From assembly GCA_963514005.1 (NCBI GenBank), contig OY740802.1, forward strand, positions 12,090,001 to 12,154,000: DNA of 64,000 nt. The letters are read 5' to 3'. Under the pieces are notes generated by a model. The model saw nothing but the letters and a program-made list of their open reading frames with translations. It searched no databases and had not been told where the DNA came from. Position 1 is the first letter of the stretch; every line of letters starts with the position of its first letter. Positions 48,135-60,391 of this stretch are shown here, in pieces. The DNA is from Raja brachyura. Taxonomy: Eukaryota. Both the position numbers and the translations under genes were made by a program.

Positions 48135-48447
48135 GGGCAGCACTGTGGAACAGCTGGTGGAGCTACTGCCTCACAGCACCAGGGACCCGGGTTCGATCCT
48201 AATCTCGGGTGCTGTCCATGCGGAGTTTGCACGTTTTCCCTGTGACCACATGGGGTCTCTTCGGGTACTCCGGTTTCCTACCACATCCAAAAGATGTGCG
48301 GGATTGCAGGTTAATTGGCGTCTGTAAATTGGGCCTAGTGTGTGGGGGAGTGGATGAGAAAATGGGGTAACATAGAACTAGTGTGAGCAGTTGATCGATG
48401 GTTGGTGTGGACTAGATGGGTCGAAGGATCTGTTTCCTTGCTCTATC
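48135..48447 (+). mobile_element. tRNA-derived SINE
   Basis: B box GGTTCGATCC, central domain, tail. Confidence 0.85.
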
Positions 48448-49037
48448 CATAAATTATACTAATATTAATCTTGTACATGCAGAGCTGAATTCAATAAAAC
48501 TCAAAAATATGATAAGGGAAACATTTCATGTCATGAGTTGCATTCAGTTTGAATGTAAAGTCCAAATTACATCATTGCATTTAGTCACATCCTTTCTGTG
48601 TAGGGGGGCGGGAGGGGAGGTCCTTTATGTTAAGTGAATCCATTTAAGGTTGGGCTGCAGAGTATACACTAAAAAATGTGAAAATGGAAGGTGTGTTAAT
48701 GATGGATTATATGACTAAGTATAAATCAACAATGTAAGGAGACGGTACCGTTTAGAATTTAAAATTGATTTGCACAATAGATTGGGCTGTATCTTGTCTG
48801 GAACTGTAATTTCCTGCATTTCAAAAGTTAATTGTGAAACGTGCAATAATGGAAGTCATAATCTTGTAAAACACAAAAATGCTGGAGGAAGTCGGAAGGC
48901 CGGACAGTGTCTGTGCTCACTGGGTGACTCTGGGGCTGCTTGGAATCGATAGACTGGGCGATGTTCAAGGACTGGGCAACGGACCTGAATGAATACACCA
49001 CAGTTGTTAACGACTTCATATGGAAATGTGTGGAGGA

Positions 49038-49342
49038 GCGGTACAGTGGCACATCAGTAAACTTGCTGCCTTACAGCGACAGAGACCCGGGTTCGATCCT
49101 GACTACAGGGGCTGTCTGTACGGGAGTTTGTACGCTCTCTCTGTGACTGCATAGATATTTTCCGGGTGCTCTGGTTTCCTCCTGCACACCAAAGACGTAC
49201 AGGTTTGTAAGTTAATTGGCTCCTGTAAATTGTAAATTGTCCCTTATGTGTAGGATAGTGCTAGTGTACAGGGCGATCGCCGGTTGTCGCGGACTCAGTG
49301 GGCCGAAGGGCCTGTTTCCGCTCTGTCTGTCTGAAGTCTAAA
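49038..49342 (+). mobile_element. tRNA-derived SINE
   Basis: B box, central domain, GGGCCGAAGGGCCTGTTTCC tail. Confidence 0.88.
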
Positions 49343-49354
49343 ATAGTGTATTCC

Positions 49355-49505
49355 CACGAAAACCATCCTGGATGTTCCCGGGAGTGAATGGGAATGTTGC
49401 ATTTCTCAAAAGAAGCCTGGAGCACATTCTTGAATCTCTTTCTTTGTCCACCTGGCAATGTCCCAACACAACAGAGCCTTTGGGAGTTTGTGGTCAGGCG
49501 TGCAA
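49355..49505 (-). mobile_element. RTE-clade LINE fragment
   Basis: PGGQRKRFKNVLQASFEKCNIP resembles the RTE C-terminal motif GGQRKR.KD.LK.SL..C.I. Confidence 0.6.
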
Positions 49506-50358
49506 AAGACCAGACTTGTTCAATCTAAATGTAAGGACTGCAGATGCTGGTTTACAAAAAAAAACACAAAGTACTGGAGTAACTCAGCAGGTCAGTCAAC
49601 ATCTCTGAAGAACATGGACAGGTGACATTTGGGGACTGGACTCTTCTGCCTAATGAAACGTTTTGCACAGTTGAAGGAAAATGAATAAATAATAACTGCA
49701 GATGGCCACAAAGTGCTGGAGTAACTCAGCAGGTCAGGCAGCATCACTGGAGAAACACGATTGCTGACATTCCGGGTTGGGACCGAGCCATAGACCGCTG
49801 GTCCTGAGATGTTGCATGACCCGCTGAGTTACTCCAGCACTTTGTGTTTATCTTTGGTATAATCCAGCATCTTGCAGTTCCTTTCCACACTAGTGACTGC
49901 ACCTGAGCACCTAGAAGAGGATCTAACTCATTGTCTTAACGTGATGTGACATGCCAATCTACCTTGGGATCTATTCAGGGGCAGTTCTTTGTACAGAATT
50001 CACAACCATTATCCCAATTTAATTGCAGTCCGAATAAAATACCGAACGTACAAAGAGGGATGTAGCCGTTATTCTCCACAACATTGCAGATAACATCCTG
50101 TTAAACTGTGTGTAATTATTGAGATTCTTTAGTATGAATGGATATAATAGAAACCTCCAAGGCACAGTATTTCTGAAATCATTAATTAATTTTGACTGCC
50201 TTTATGATAAAGCAAATCTTGTTTAATTCCTATGTGGTTTTTAGTGTGGTTACAAGCCTTGTCTGACGAGATCCATTATCTATGTCGAGATGTCAGTTCC
50301 AACTGAAGCAAGCCAGCGTAGTATAATGTTCACACTGCTGTATATGTTGCCTGGAAAT

Positions 50359-50700
50359 GTGGTGTTGTGGTGTTGTGGTGTTGTGGTGTTGTGGTGTTGT
50401 GGTGCTGTGGTGTTGTGGTGTTGTGGTGCTGTGGTGCTGTGGTGTTGTGGTGTTGTGGTGTTGTGGTGTTGTGGTGCTGTGGTGCTGTGGTGTTGTGGTG
50501 CTGTGGTGTTGTGGTGTTGTGGTGTTGTGGTGTTGTGGTGCTGTGGTGTTGTGGTGCTGTGGTGTTGTGGTGCGGTGGTGTTGTGGTGCGGTGGTGTTGT
50601 GGTGCAGTGGTGTTGTGGTGTTGTGGTGCGGTGGTGTTGTGGTGCGGTGGTGCGGTGGTGTTGTGGTGCGGTGGTGCAGGGGTGCTGTGGTTCGGTGGTC
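50359..50700. repeat. 8-bp tandem repeat (GTGGTGTT/GTGGTGCT/GTGGTGCG)n
   Basis: About 42 directly visible units. Confidence 0.97.
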
Positions 50701-50840
50701 TTGTGCCATACAAACCAGGGATCAGCAACCCTCCTTTATGGTGAATTTACTGATCACAAACAGTTGCAAACTCCGCATATAATTTTAATGCCTTCAAAAT
50801 CAATGTGAACGAGAATGGAAGCAGAAAGGACTCCTTTGAC

Positions 50841-51140
50841 TGCACGGTGGCACAGCGGTAGAGTTGCTGCCTCACAACGCCAGAGTCCCGGGTTCGATCC
50901 TGACTTTGGGTGCTGTCTGTGTGGTGTTTGTACGTTCTCCAACGTGACCTGCGTGGGTTTTCATCGAGATCTTCAGTTTCAAGCCCCACTCCAAAGATGT
51001 ACAGGTTTGTAGATTAATTGGCTTGGTATAATTGTAAATTGTCCTGAGTGTGTGTAGGATAATGTACGTTTGTGGGTATTGCTGGTCGGCACGGACCCGA
51101 TGGGCATCTGCGCTGTATGTCTAAACTAAATTAAACTAAA
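50841..51140 (+). mobile_element. tRNA-derived SINE
   Basis: A/B boxes, tail. Confidence 0.88.
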
Positions 51141-51411
51141 ATAGTGGCAAACCAAACCAAGAGTCTCAAGAAAGGTCCCAATCCAAAACGTCAGCAATCC
51201 ATGTTCGTCAGAGATGCTGAGTAACTCCAGTACTTTGTTTCTTTCTTGTAAATTTGTATCTGACATTCCTTGACCTTAAAAATATTCAAATTGGCTATGT
51301 TACAAATTCTTCATCCACTGATCCAAACCCCTTGTAGGGAAACTGTCAAATTTACATTGATGCATAATGCAGTCATGCAAGTAGGAGCTGGTCTTACAAC
51401 ATAATCCAATG

Positions 51412-52000
51412 CCATCATTCTCAGAATAAAGTGACGTACCATTAGATTGGAGATGAGGGGGAATTTCTTTAGCCAGAGGGTGGAGAATCTGTGGAATTCA
51501 TAGCCCCAGACGGCTATGCATTAATGATGGATTGTCTTTCTGCTGACTGGATAGCACACAACACAAGCTTTTCACTGTACCTCGGTACATGTGACAATAA
51601 ACTAATCTGACTGGAGATTGACAGATTCTCGATTAGTACGGGTGTCAGGGGTAATGAGCAGAAGCCGGGAGAATGGGGTTAAGAAGGAAAGATAGATCAG
51701 CCATGATATAATGGCAGAGTAGACTTGATGGGCCAAATGGCCCTAAACCCCTGACACTCGTACTAATCAAGAATCTAGCAATGTCTGCCTTCAGAATATC
51801 CATCGACCTGGCCTCCACAGCCTTCTCTGGCAATGAATTCCACAGATTCACCACCCTGTAAAGAAATGTCTCCTCATCTCCTTTCCAAAGGTAAGTCCGT
51901 TTATTCTGAGGCTTAGACCCTCTGGTCCTAGGCCCTCCCACTAGTGGAAACATCCTCTCCACATCCACTCTATCCAGGCCTTTCACTATTCAATAAGTTT
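51412..52000. mobile_element. CR1 3' fragments in both orientations with a Rex1 tail
   Basis: Plus-strand CR1 pieces at about 51412-51515 and 51612-51742, Rex1 tail at about 51530-51605, minus-strand CR1 at about 51745-52000 (KGLDRVDVERMFPLVG). Confidence 0.7.
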
Positions 52001-53588
52001 CACTTCTTCAATTATATTCTCTTCAATCTAAAACAAAAATCATCCTGGAATAAGAAGAAGAATGTTTCAAGTTGAAGCAGTCAGATCAACGAAGATACTG
52101 AGCTTTACTTGTTTAATTTGTACTGAATTTAATATAAAATCGGCAGAATTCAATGAATTGCAAAAAGTGCAAACATATATTCCACCCTGGAACAATTAGA
52201 TCTGCAAGGCAGCATTCAGATTAAAACCAGTCAAAAGCAACTGTACAACCAATTTCTCCGGAGCTATTTTCTGCTTCACGTTTGAACGCACCCTTCTTGT
52301 CACTTCTGATGCAAACCTAACTACCTGGTGGAAAATAAAAGCCTGGTACATAAACTTACTTATGTACATTGAACAAAATGTCTTGACGTTGTCAAGAAGA
52401 GAAAATAAACAGCAGAGTCAGTGGGAAAAATGTACCACAGTGGAAACTCCCACTTCGACTGACTTCAGAATGGAAATGTTAACAAAATACAAGTCAATAT
52501 TGATGCACAAAGATGAAAATAAAGCATAGGAAGTGATAACTGGACAAGATCAACATTTGTGCTGGTCTCAGAAAGAGAATATTGAATGTATTACCTTAAA
52601 AACAATTTATCATGTCAAAGGTTACCAATTAGAATTTTTGTAAGAAATACTATTTTGGTTTGAGTTTTGGACCAAAACAAAAATTAGCGGAGGGAATATT
52701 TTATTGTCGTTCCAGCATGTGGGATAAGGTTCACAGATCATGGAGCGATCAGTCTGCCCTATCTCCCATTTCCCTAAAAACAAATAATTTACATGTGCTT
52801 GGCCGATAACCAGAATTGACTCTGAACCCGATTAAAGATAACGTCAGATTAACAATCCTGTCGCTGATTTTATGTTTAGCTGAACAGGGTCAAACAAGAT
52901 AAAGAAGAATTACATATTTATTTTAAGGTGCACAAAGTCTGTAATATTTTGCTTAAAGATCTTGAGGAGAAATTGATGCTATTTACTTAAAGCAAGTTCG
53001 CTTCGTCTGCTTAAATGAGGACATTCCAAAAATGGAATTTCATAATAATTTAATGAAGTTTCAAATTACATTTGAAGTTGTGAAAATCTACTTTCTTCCA
53101 GAATTTGTTTTAATAATTCTTTCACTAGCAAGTCTAGCCCTAACCCATCGATTACACTACCCTAAAATAAAAATAGCAACATTTATTCTATCAAAGAATA
53201 TGCAATAGTACTTGTATTCAATGACATTGAGTGTGGGAGGAAACTGAAGATTTCGGAGAAAACACATAAATCTTGCATATACAACATAGATTAATTAAAA
53301 TCATGGTGTTTCATTGTTAGAGGAGCAAAGCTAAGTTTCCATTTTTATAGAGACATGAATACAAATATAAAGTTTTAAATTTGTCTTTATTTGCAAAATA
53401 AATGATGCCACAACATAAATTAAATGGTTGAATATTTACCATGTGAAATTATTGCGGTGGAAACAACTTCCTTTCAGCATTTTTCAAACAAAAAATACAC
53501 TTTCAATTATTTTCCTTCCCTCCCCAGTGTCCACCCCTTCCAAAGATACTGGTTACATTTTTGCATTCAAAAGTGGTGCATTCAAAAG

Positions 53589-53916
53589 GACGGCCACGGT
53601 GGCGCAGCGGTCGAGTTGCTGCCTTACACGCTTGCAGCGCCGGAGACCCGGGTTCGATCCCGACTACGGGTGCTGTCTGTATGGAGTTTGTACATTCCCT
53701 CCGTGACCGCGTGAGTTTTCTCCGAGATCTTCAGCTTCCTCCCACACTCCAAAGACGTACAGGTATGGAGGTTAATCGGCTTGGCGTATGTGTAAATTGT
53801 CCCGAGTGTGTGTAGGATAGTTTTAATGTGCGGGGATCGCTGGTCGGTGCAGACCTGTTGAGCCGAAGGGCCTGTTTCCGCGCTGTATCTCTAATCTAAA
53901 AACTTAAAAAACTAAA
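53589..53916 (+). mobile_element. tRNA-derived HE1/V-type SINE, young (CpG-rich)
   Basis: TGGCGCAGCGG A box, GGTTCGATCCCG B box, full tail. Confidence 0.92.
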
Positions 53917-53974
53917 AGCAATGGGAAGTTGTTTACCATCGCATCTGTCTATTGGTATACAGATTAATTAAATT

Positions 53975-54191
53975 GGTAGCGGTGTGGAATGAGCTTCCAG
54001 TGGAAGTGGTGGCGGCAGGTTCGTTGGTATCATTTAAAAATAAATTGGATAGGCATATGGATGAGAAGGGTATGGAGGGTTATGGTATGAGTGCAGGCAG
54101 GTGGGACTAAGGGAAAAAAGTTGTTCGGCACGGACTTGAAGGGCCGAGATGGCCTGTTTCCGTGCTGTGATTGTTATATGGTTATATGGTT
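53975..54191 (+). mobile_element. CR1/HER1 3' end
   Basis: Similar to 4355-4579 with a (GTTATATG)n tail. Confidence 0.88.
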
Positions 54192-54692
54192 AATTAAATA
54201 TTGCACTATCAACATTTATTTTCCATCCATATGTCCCCTTTGTCTGTTTTGAATTTTGTAACCAATCAACTTCTAACTTAATAAACTGATAACTAAAAAG
54301 TATGAAATTAACACATGTTAAAAATTAAACATACTGTTAAAATAGTACAAACAAAATGTTTTGAGGTGCCAGTGGTACATTGTAGCGGTGTATACCGTTG
54401 CAAAATAAGACTACTGATATTCACCAATGTCTTTAAAAAAGGTTCCCACAAAGATTTTGCAGTCATTAGAGCATCCATTCCATCATTCTGGGGTCACGTT
54501 GAACTTGTGTTAGTTGGAGGATATCTGTGGATTTCAGCTGTTCGGTTGCAAATTTCCCACAGCAAAGCTGTAAGCCAGAAGAAAATAATGACATCGTTGT
54601 AAATGTGAAGTACGGATTGGGACATAAAGAAGGAATTTTCAGAAAACAATGAACATTTGAGAATGTTCCTGGGTCTGGAAAGTTTGAATTGT

Positions 54693-54991
54693 TAGAATTT
54701 TAGAGAAACAGCGCGGAAACAGGCCCATCGACCCGCCGAGTCCGCGCTGACCAGCGATTACCCATTACACTAGCACTGTCCTATACACTAGGGCCAATTT
54801 TACAATTTAAGCCAATTAACCCATGAATCTATATGTCTTTAGAGTGTGGGATGAAACCAGAGCACCCGGACAAAAGCCATGCGGTCTCAGGGAGAACGTA
54901 CAAACTCAGTACAGACAGCAGCACCCATAGTTAGGATCGAACCCTGGGTCTCTGGTGCTGAAATGCAGCAATTCTACCTCTGCACCACTGT
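54693..54991 (-). mobile_element. tRNA-derived SINE
   Basis: Full reverse-complement copy, followed by an old CR1 fragment to about 55390. Confidence 0.85.
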
Positions 54992-55613
54992 ACTGCTCCA
55001 GGTATAAGTGGGAGAAGCTGGGTCCTTTATACTGGAGGCTGAGGAGCCACCTTTTAGAGGTTTATGAAACTATGAGCGGCACAGATAAGGTAAATAACCA
55101 TTGCGTTTTCCCCGGGGGGGGCAAGGTGGTTATCTCATACGAGAGGCCTGAGAGGCAGCATTTTCACACGGAGAGAAAGGTTCTGGTGTGTGCACGGAAC
55201 GAGCTGCCAGAGGAAGTGGTAGAGATGGGTACAATCACAACATTTAAAATACATTTGGACAGAGACATGGATAGGGAAGGTTTGGATGGATGTGGAGCCA
55301 ATGGGACTAGTCTGCTTCGACAAATTGGTCGACATGGACAAGCAAGTTAGGCCTGTTTCCATCACGTACATCTTGATGATTCCATGACACAATTAAGTGA
55401 AAATTTACGTATAGAATTTGAATCCACTTACACCGCCATTTTATTGCATGTTAGATTGAGCTAGTGATCCTGTTTGCATTTTATACTGTTTTACTATTTT
55501 TTTTAATAAATCATGTTTCTCTGGGTATCTACATTTTTAGTTGATTAAGTTATGAAATCGAATGGAAGCTGCATACCAAATCTCGTTGCACCTCTGTGCA
55601 ATGATAATAAAAT

Positions 55614-55614
55614 A

Positions 55615-55654
<40 letters not shown>
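55614..55654. repeat. (ATT)n microsatellite, probably a retroelement tail
   Basis: Preceded by hairpin TTGCAC-CTCT-GTGCAA and AATAAA. Confidence 0.85.
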
Positions 55655-56974
55655 GAATAATGACCACCAGTGTTTCACACATTTCTAGGCGCAATTCACT
55701 GCGGTGCATTTGATGTTTATCTAGCATTAAATGCGAATCGAACAGCCGCTTCCTGTGCATTGCGACCATTTCTGTATTTACTGACAGACTTGCCTGTCAA
55801 AATTGCAACCTGTAGTACTGTATGTGCTCATAATTCTCAAATAAAAGAATTAACCCCTGCAGCAGATTAGACAAGTGTGAGTTAAGAAATCCCACATTAC
55901 ATTGTCTCAGTTTTTATTGCTCAGCGTTGTATACACAGCATTCCATCAGATTCCCACTTTGAAGGCTTTCAACTCTAGGATATTTGATGTGGTCTGTTCC
56001 CTGCTTTTGTAGATGGAGCCCTCATCCATTCCTTCTCTGTTTCCCACAGTTCTGCTCTTGCTCTCCATTCCCCCAGACAGAACAAGTATAGAGATCCCCA
56101 GCCCCTCATCTATGCAGCAAAACCTTAATTTTGGACATTTCCCCACTTTCAACATAATCCTACCATTGATCACATCTTCCCATCGGCACCCATTTCCATC
56201 TTCTGTAGAAAGTCCATTCTCTCTGAAAGTCCTCAGTTCATAGGTTCATAAGTTCTAGGAGCATAATTAGGCCATTCACCCCATCAAGGCTATTCCGCCA
56301 TTCAATCATGGCTGATGTATCTTTCCCTCTCAACCCTATTCTCCTGCCTTCTCCCCATAACCCCTAATGAGATGAGGAAGGATGTGATGGTGTTGGAGAG
56401 GGTCCAGAGAAGGTTTATGTGAAAGATTCCAGCAAGGATGAGCGTTTGAAAGCAGTGCGCCTGTACTCGCTGGAGTTTAGAAGGTTGAGGGGAAACCTCA
56501 TTGAAACTCACCAAATAGTGAAAGGCCTGGATAGAGTAAATGTGGAGAGGATGTTTCCATGAGTGGGAGAGTCTAGGACCAGACATCCCATAAAGGAGAG
56601 AACTTCTGCGAATTAGTGCTCCCTCAGTAGGCTCCATGAGAAGTCTAATGTACAAGCACTTCCGTGAAAAATACCACAAAAATCAGGCTGTAACTTGAAG
56701 AATCACATGTTCATGCAATTGCTGTATATAACTGGTAACTATTAATATTTATTTGCAGATTTTAGGCCAATATAAATAATAGCAGAATCTTTAATTTGTT
56801 CAAACACATTATAAATACATAAACATTACAACTTCCGAATGTTTTAAGTGCATGATGTACTGTGTAGGTGGTGCACATTGGAAATATTAGTCCGGGTTCC
56901 CCAGACATAGGACGTGCATGCATGCATGCATGCAGAAACTACCATGCACAATGTCAGACCGCATGCAATGCTTG

Positions 56975-57177
56975 ACCTGCACGGGTTTTCCCCGGGTGCT
57001 CCAGTTTCCTCCCACACGCCAAAGACCTACGGGTTTGTAGGTTAAACGGCTTTGGTAAAAATTGTAAATAATCCCTGGGATGTGCAGGATAGTAGAAGAG
57101 TGGGGGGGTTGCTCGTCGGCATGGACTCGGTGGGCCGAAGGGTCTGGTTCCGTGATGTATCTCTAAACTAAATTAAA
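56975..57177 (+). mobile_element. tRNA-derived SINE, 5'-truncated
   Basis: Central domain and tail only. Confidence 0.8.
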
Positions 57178-57334
57178 AGATGACACTGGAAAAATTGTAT
57201 TCTTTCCACATTCAGGCTGTTGCCTCTGTTTTTCCTTTGTTAATAGTTCACTCTCTTCCTCTTCACAAAGTTGTTCAAGGGCAGGATTAGCTTTTAGCTC
57301 AGATCTTGCTTTGCAGTTCTCAATCCCCTCAGCT

Positions 57335-57423
57335 GAAGAAGGGCCTCGACCCGAAACGTCACCCATTCCTTCTCTCCAGAGAGGCTGCCTGTCCCGCTGA
57401 GTTACTCCAGCATTTTGTGTCTA
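57335..57423 (+). mobile_element. Single pLTR unit with hammerhead-like core and 9-bp TSD
   Basis: CCCTCAGCT at 57326-57334 and 57424-57432; CTGAAGA-AGGGCCTCGACCC-GAAACGTC at 57333-57360. Confidence 0.8.
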
Positions 57424-58170
57424 CCCTCAGCTCAGAGCACTGCACCAGATGTTTCTGAAAAGCCGTTATCAAAGCCTCAGCAAGCAAAAAAAGCTAACCT
57501 TTGAAACGACTTTTGCCAATTTCTGTGAACTCTTTGGATGAAAAATTGCAATAAGAAGAAGGGGATTAATTGGAAATAAACATAAATTAGGGGGCAACCG
57601 AGATTAACTGGGCTAAAGTCCGGCAGACAGGGCTCCCTTAAAGAAAATCATCAGCATCTTTCTGCACAGAAATCCCACGATCCTGCCTGCCACTGAAGGC
57701 TTAGCTTATCTAAAACAGTCACTGTTTAAAATAGACTGAAAAATAGGATGTCATGTAATTTTTGAAACATCTGTAGTTTATCTCAAACATTTCCAGTTTG
57801 CAAGATGTTTCTGCTATGCTGGAACATCTATGTTCCGATTAGGGCTGACCAGATGTCGAGCTGATGCATGGTTTACAGGCTGTGCTGTGGCACTGGTTTT
57901 CCCTGCCTGTGTCTCTCCCCTCTTTCTCTGGCAATCACTCATTCCACAGCAAGGATTCCCAGGCTCAGGCAGCTCAGCAGCAGCATGCACCAAGTGGGAT
58001 CTCTCCCTATGTTGTGTGTCAGGTGTTTTCCCAGGAAGTCAACAGAAACACCAGCAAAGGGTGTGTATAATTTTGCTTAATAAAATTGTTAAATGCAATG
58101 CAAAATTCAATTCAATTTTAGAATGTTTTTTTTTAATCCACAGAGTGTTGTGAATGAGAGGAAGAAAGCG

Positions 58171-58211
58171 TGAGACAGAGATAGAGGGGGAGAGGGGGAG
58201 AGGGGGAGAGG

Positions 58212-58257
<46 letters not shown>
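58171..58257. repeat. (GA)n / purine-rich microsatellite
   Basis: Directly visible. Confidence 0.95.
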
Positions 58258-58260
<3 letters not shown>

Positions 58261-58280
58261 TAGTGGCATGACTAGAACTA

Positions 58281-58596
58281 GGCCAGCACAGTCGTGCAGC
58301 TGATAAAGCTGCTGCCTCACAGCCCCATAGACTCTGGTTCAAACCAGACCGCGAATGCTGTCTGTGCGGAGTTTGCACATTCTCCCTGTGACCACGTGGG
58401 TTTCCTGCGACATTCTAAAGACGAGCAGGTTTGTAGGTTAATTGGCCTCTGTAGATTTCACCTAGTATGTAAGGAGTGGATGAGAAAGTGAGACAACATA
58501 GAACTAGTGTGAACGGATGGTCAATGGTTGATATGAACTTGGGGCTGCCAAAGGGCCTGTTTCCATGCTAGACTAAATTACCAAACTAAACTGAAC
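58281..58596 (+). mobile_element. tRNA-derived SINE, diverged
   Basis: GGTTCAAACC B box, central domain, tail. Confidence 0.8.
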
Positions 58597-59431
58597 TGCT
58601 GTGAGTGACACTGGTCCCAGGGTCAAGCTAGCCTCTGATACTGTCTGTATGGAGTCTGCATGCTCCTCCTGTAACTATACAAATTTCACCAATGTCCTTT
58701 TGTTTTCTTCCACGTTCCAAAGATGTGTGGGCTGGTAAGGTAACTGTCCATTGTAGTATCGATAAGTGGTAGAATCTGGGACAAGTCCATAGGGAGTTGA
58801 TCCCCCGCTGATCCCATCTTATTTTGGACATTAAAATTGAAATGGTGACATTTTCTCTTTCTGCAGATGCTTCCTGACCAGCTGATCTTTCTCCTAGGGG
58901 AAATAAAAGTGGGATTCGAAACCGAAAATTGCTCAATAGCTCAGCAGATCAGGCAGCATCTGCGGAAAGAGAAAGAGTCACCATTTCATTTTTTTGATGT
59001 CCAAAATTAAGTGGGATCAGTGTGGGGATTAATTAAATTGAGTACTTGATGGTTTATCCATCTGAAGAAGGGTCTTGACCCGAAATGTCACCCATTCCTT
59101 CTCTCCAGAGGTATTGCCTGGCCCAGTGAATTACTCCAGCACTTTGTGTCTATCTTCGATTTAAACCAGCATATGCAGTACTTTCCGACTTGATTGTTGG
59201 TGTGGGCTTAGCGTGCCAGGCGTATTATTATATGACAGTATAGATTATTTTCTGGAAATAGCCTTATCTTTATGTAATACACAAGCCAATTCCTGTTTAA
59301 AGCATAAAACAGTAGGGTATTAGAAGTAGTAGCCGGAGTAGGTGATTTGGCCCTCTTGCTCACGGCACCTTTCCACACAAAATGTGGCTGATTTTTATCT
59401 GCATTTATTACATCTTCTGGATACCCTACAT

Positions 59432-60391
59432 ATTTTTTTTTTGTTAATTATTTTTTATTAGAAGTAAGTACATATCAAGATAAGGATATACATGTCATAT
59501 ACATTCTTAATATTAACAATTATTTCTAATTTGTACTTCTATGAGTTTTTCATTTTTTATATAGATAGAAAATATAAGAGAAAAATAAAATAAAGATAGA
59601 GATTCAGAAAAATGAATGAAGTATTAAGCAGTTTGTACATCATTGGAGATATATCATGGGTTATTATATGTAAATCTTCGTCTATTTCTTCGTTCAGGCT
59701 TCAGTCAGGTTCTTGCACCGAACCACTTTGACCCTTTAAATATTCAATAAATGGAGACCATATCCCTCTGAATTGATCCAACTTGCCCAGAAGGACGTCT
59801 TAATCTTTCAAGATGAAGAGTCTCTGACATTTCAATGATCCACATTTTAATTGTGGGGGATGTAGAACCTTTCCAAAATTTCAATATAAGTTTTTTCCCA
59901 ATTATTAAACTGTAATCAATAAAAATTATTTGATTTATTGTTATTAATTGATCTGTTTCTAATATTCCTAATATTATTAATTTTGAGTCAGGAAGCAAAT
60001 TTGTATTAACAACATTCGAGATTATCTTAAAAATTTCTGCCCAAAAGATAGTAATTTTTATACAGTTTGTGAATGAGTGCATTAGATTAGCTTCTAAGTC
60101 ATTGACATTTATCGCATATGGCTGGTATATTTGAAAAAATTCGATGTAATTTTGATTTGGAATAATGTAATCTATGTAGTACTTTAAATTGTATCAAGAT
60201 GTGTCTAGCATTTAACGAACAATGATGTATATTTTGTAAACTTTCATTCCATATTTCTGGTCTAATTGTTTGACCTAATTCGTTTTCCCATGATTGCCTA
60301 TATGTTTCTGTCGTTGGTACATCATTTCTAATAAAATATTATAAACATATGATACCCTACATATTTAAAACTCAAATACTTAAAACTCCAT
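59432..60391 (-). mobile_element. L1-clade LINE 3' end, runs into the gap
   Basis: CDKC..HSFTNC zinc knuckle, FW..IF..IS, KKLILKFWK...P...W typical of the fish L1 ORF2 C-terminus; AATAAA and poly(A) at about 59432-59458. Confidence 0.8.

Noticed and set aside
50359-50700. CRISPR-like or telomeric array
   Set aside because: No spacers, eukaryotic context, and the unit is not TTAGGG.
50290-50808. Five long ORFs rich in VLWCCG or HHNTT
   Set aside because: Translations of the stop-free 8-mer tandem repeat.
53589-53665. tRNA genes
   Set aside because: The A/B-box heads belong to SINEs and continue into the SINE body and LINE-like tail.
56911-56970. (ATGC)n run with TGCATG RBFOX-like motifs
   Set aside because: Short simple repeat with no nearby exon to regulate.
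57163-57366. Protein-like ORF (ELKANPALEQLCEEEES)
   Set aside because: It starts inside a pLTR insertion, the pre-insertion frame has a TGA immediately upstream, and it ends in a SINE tail.
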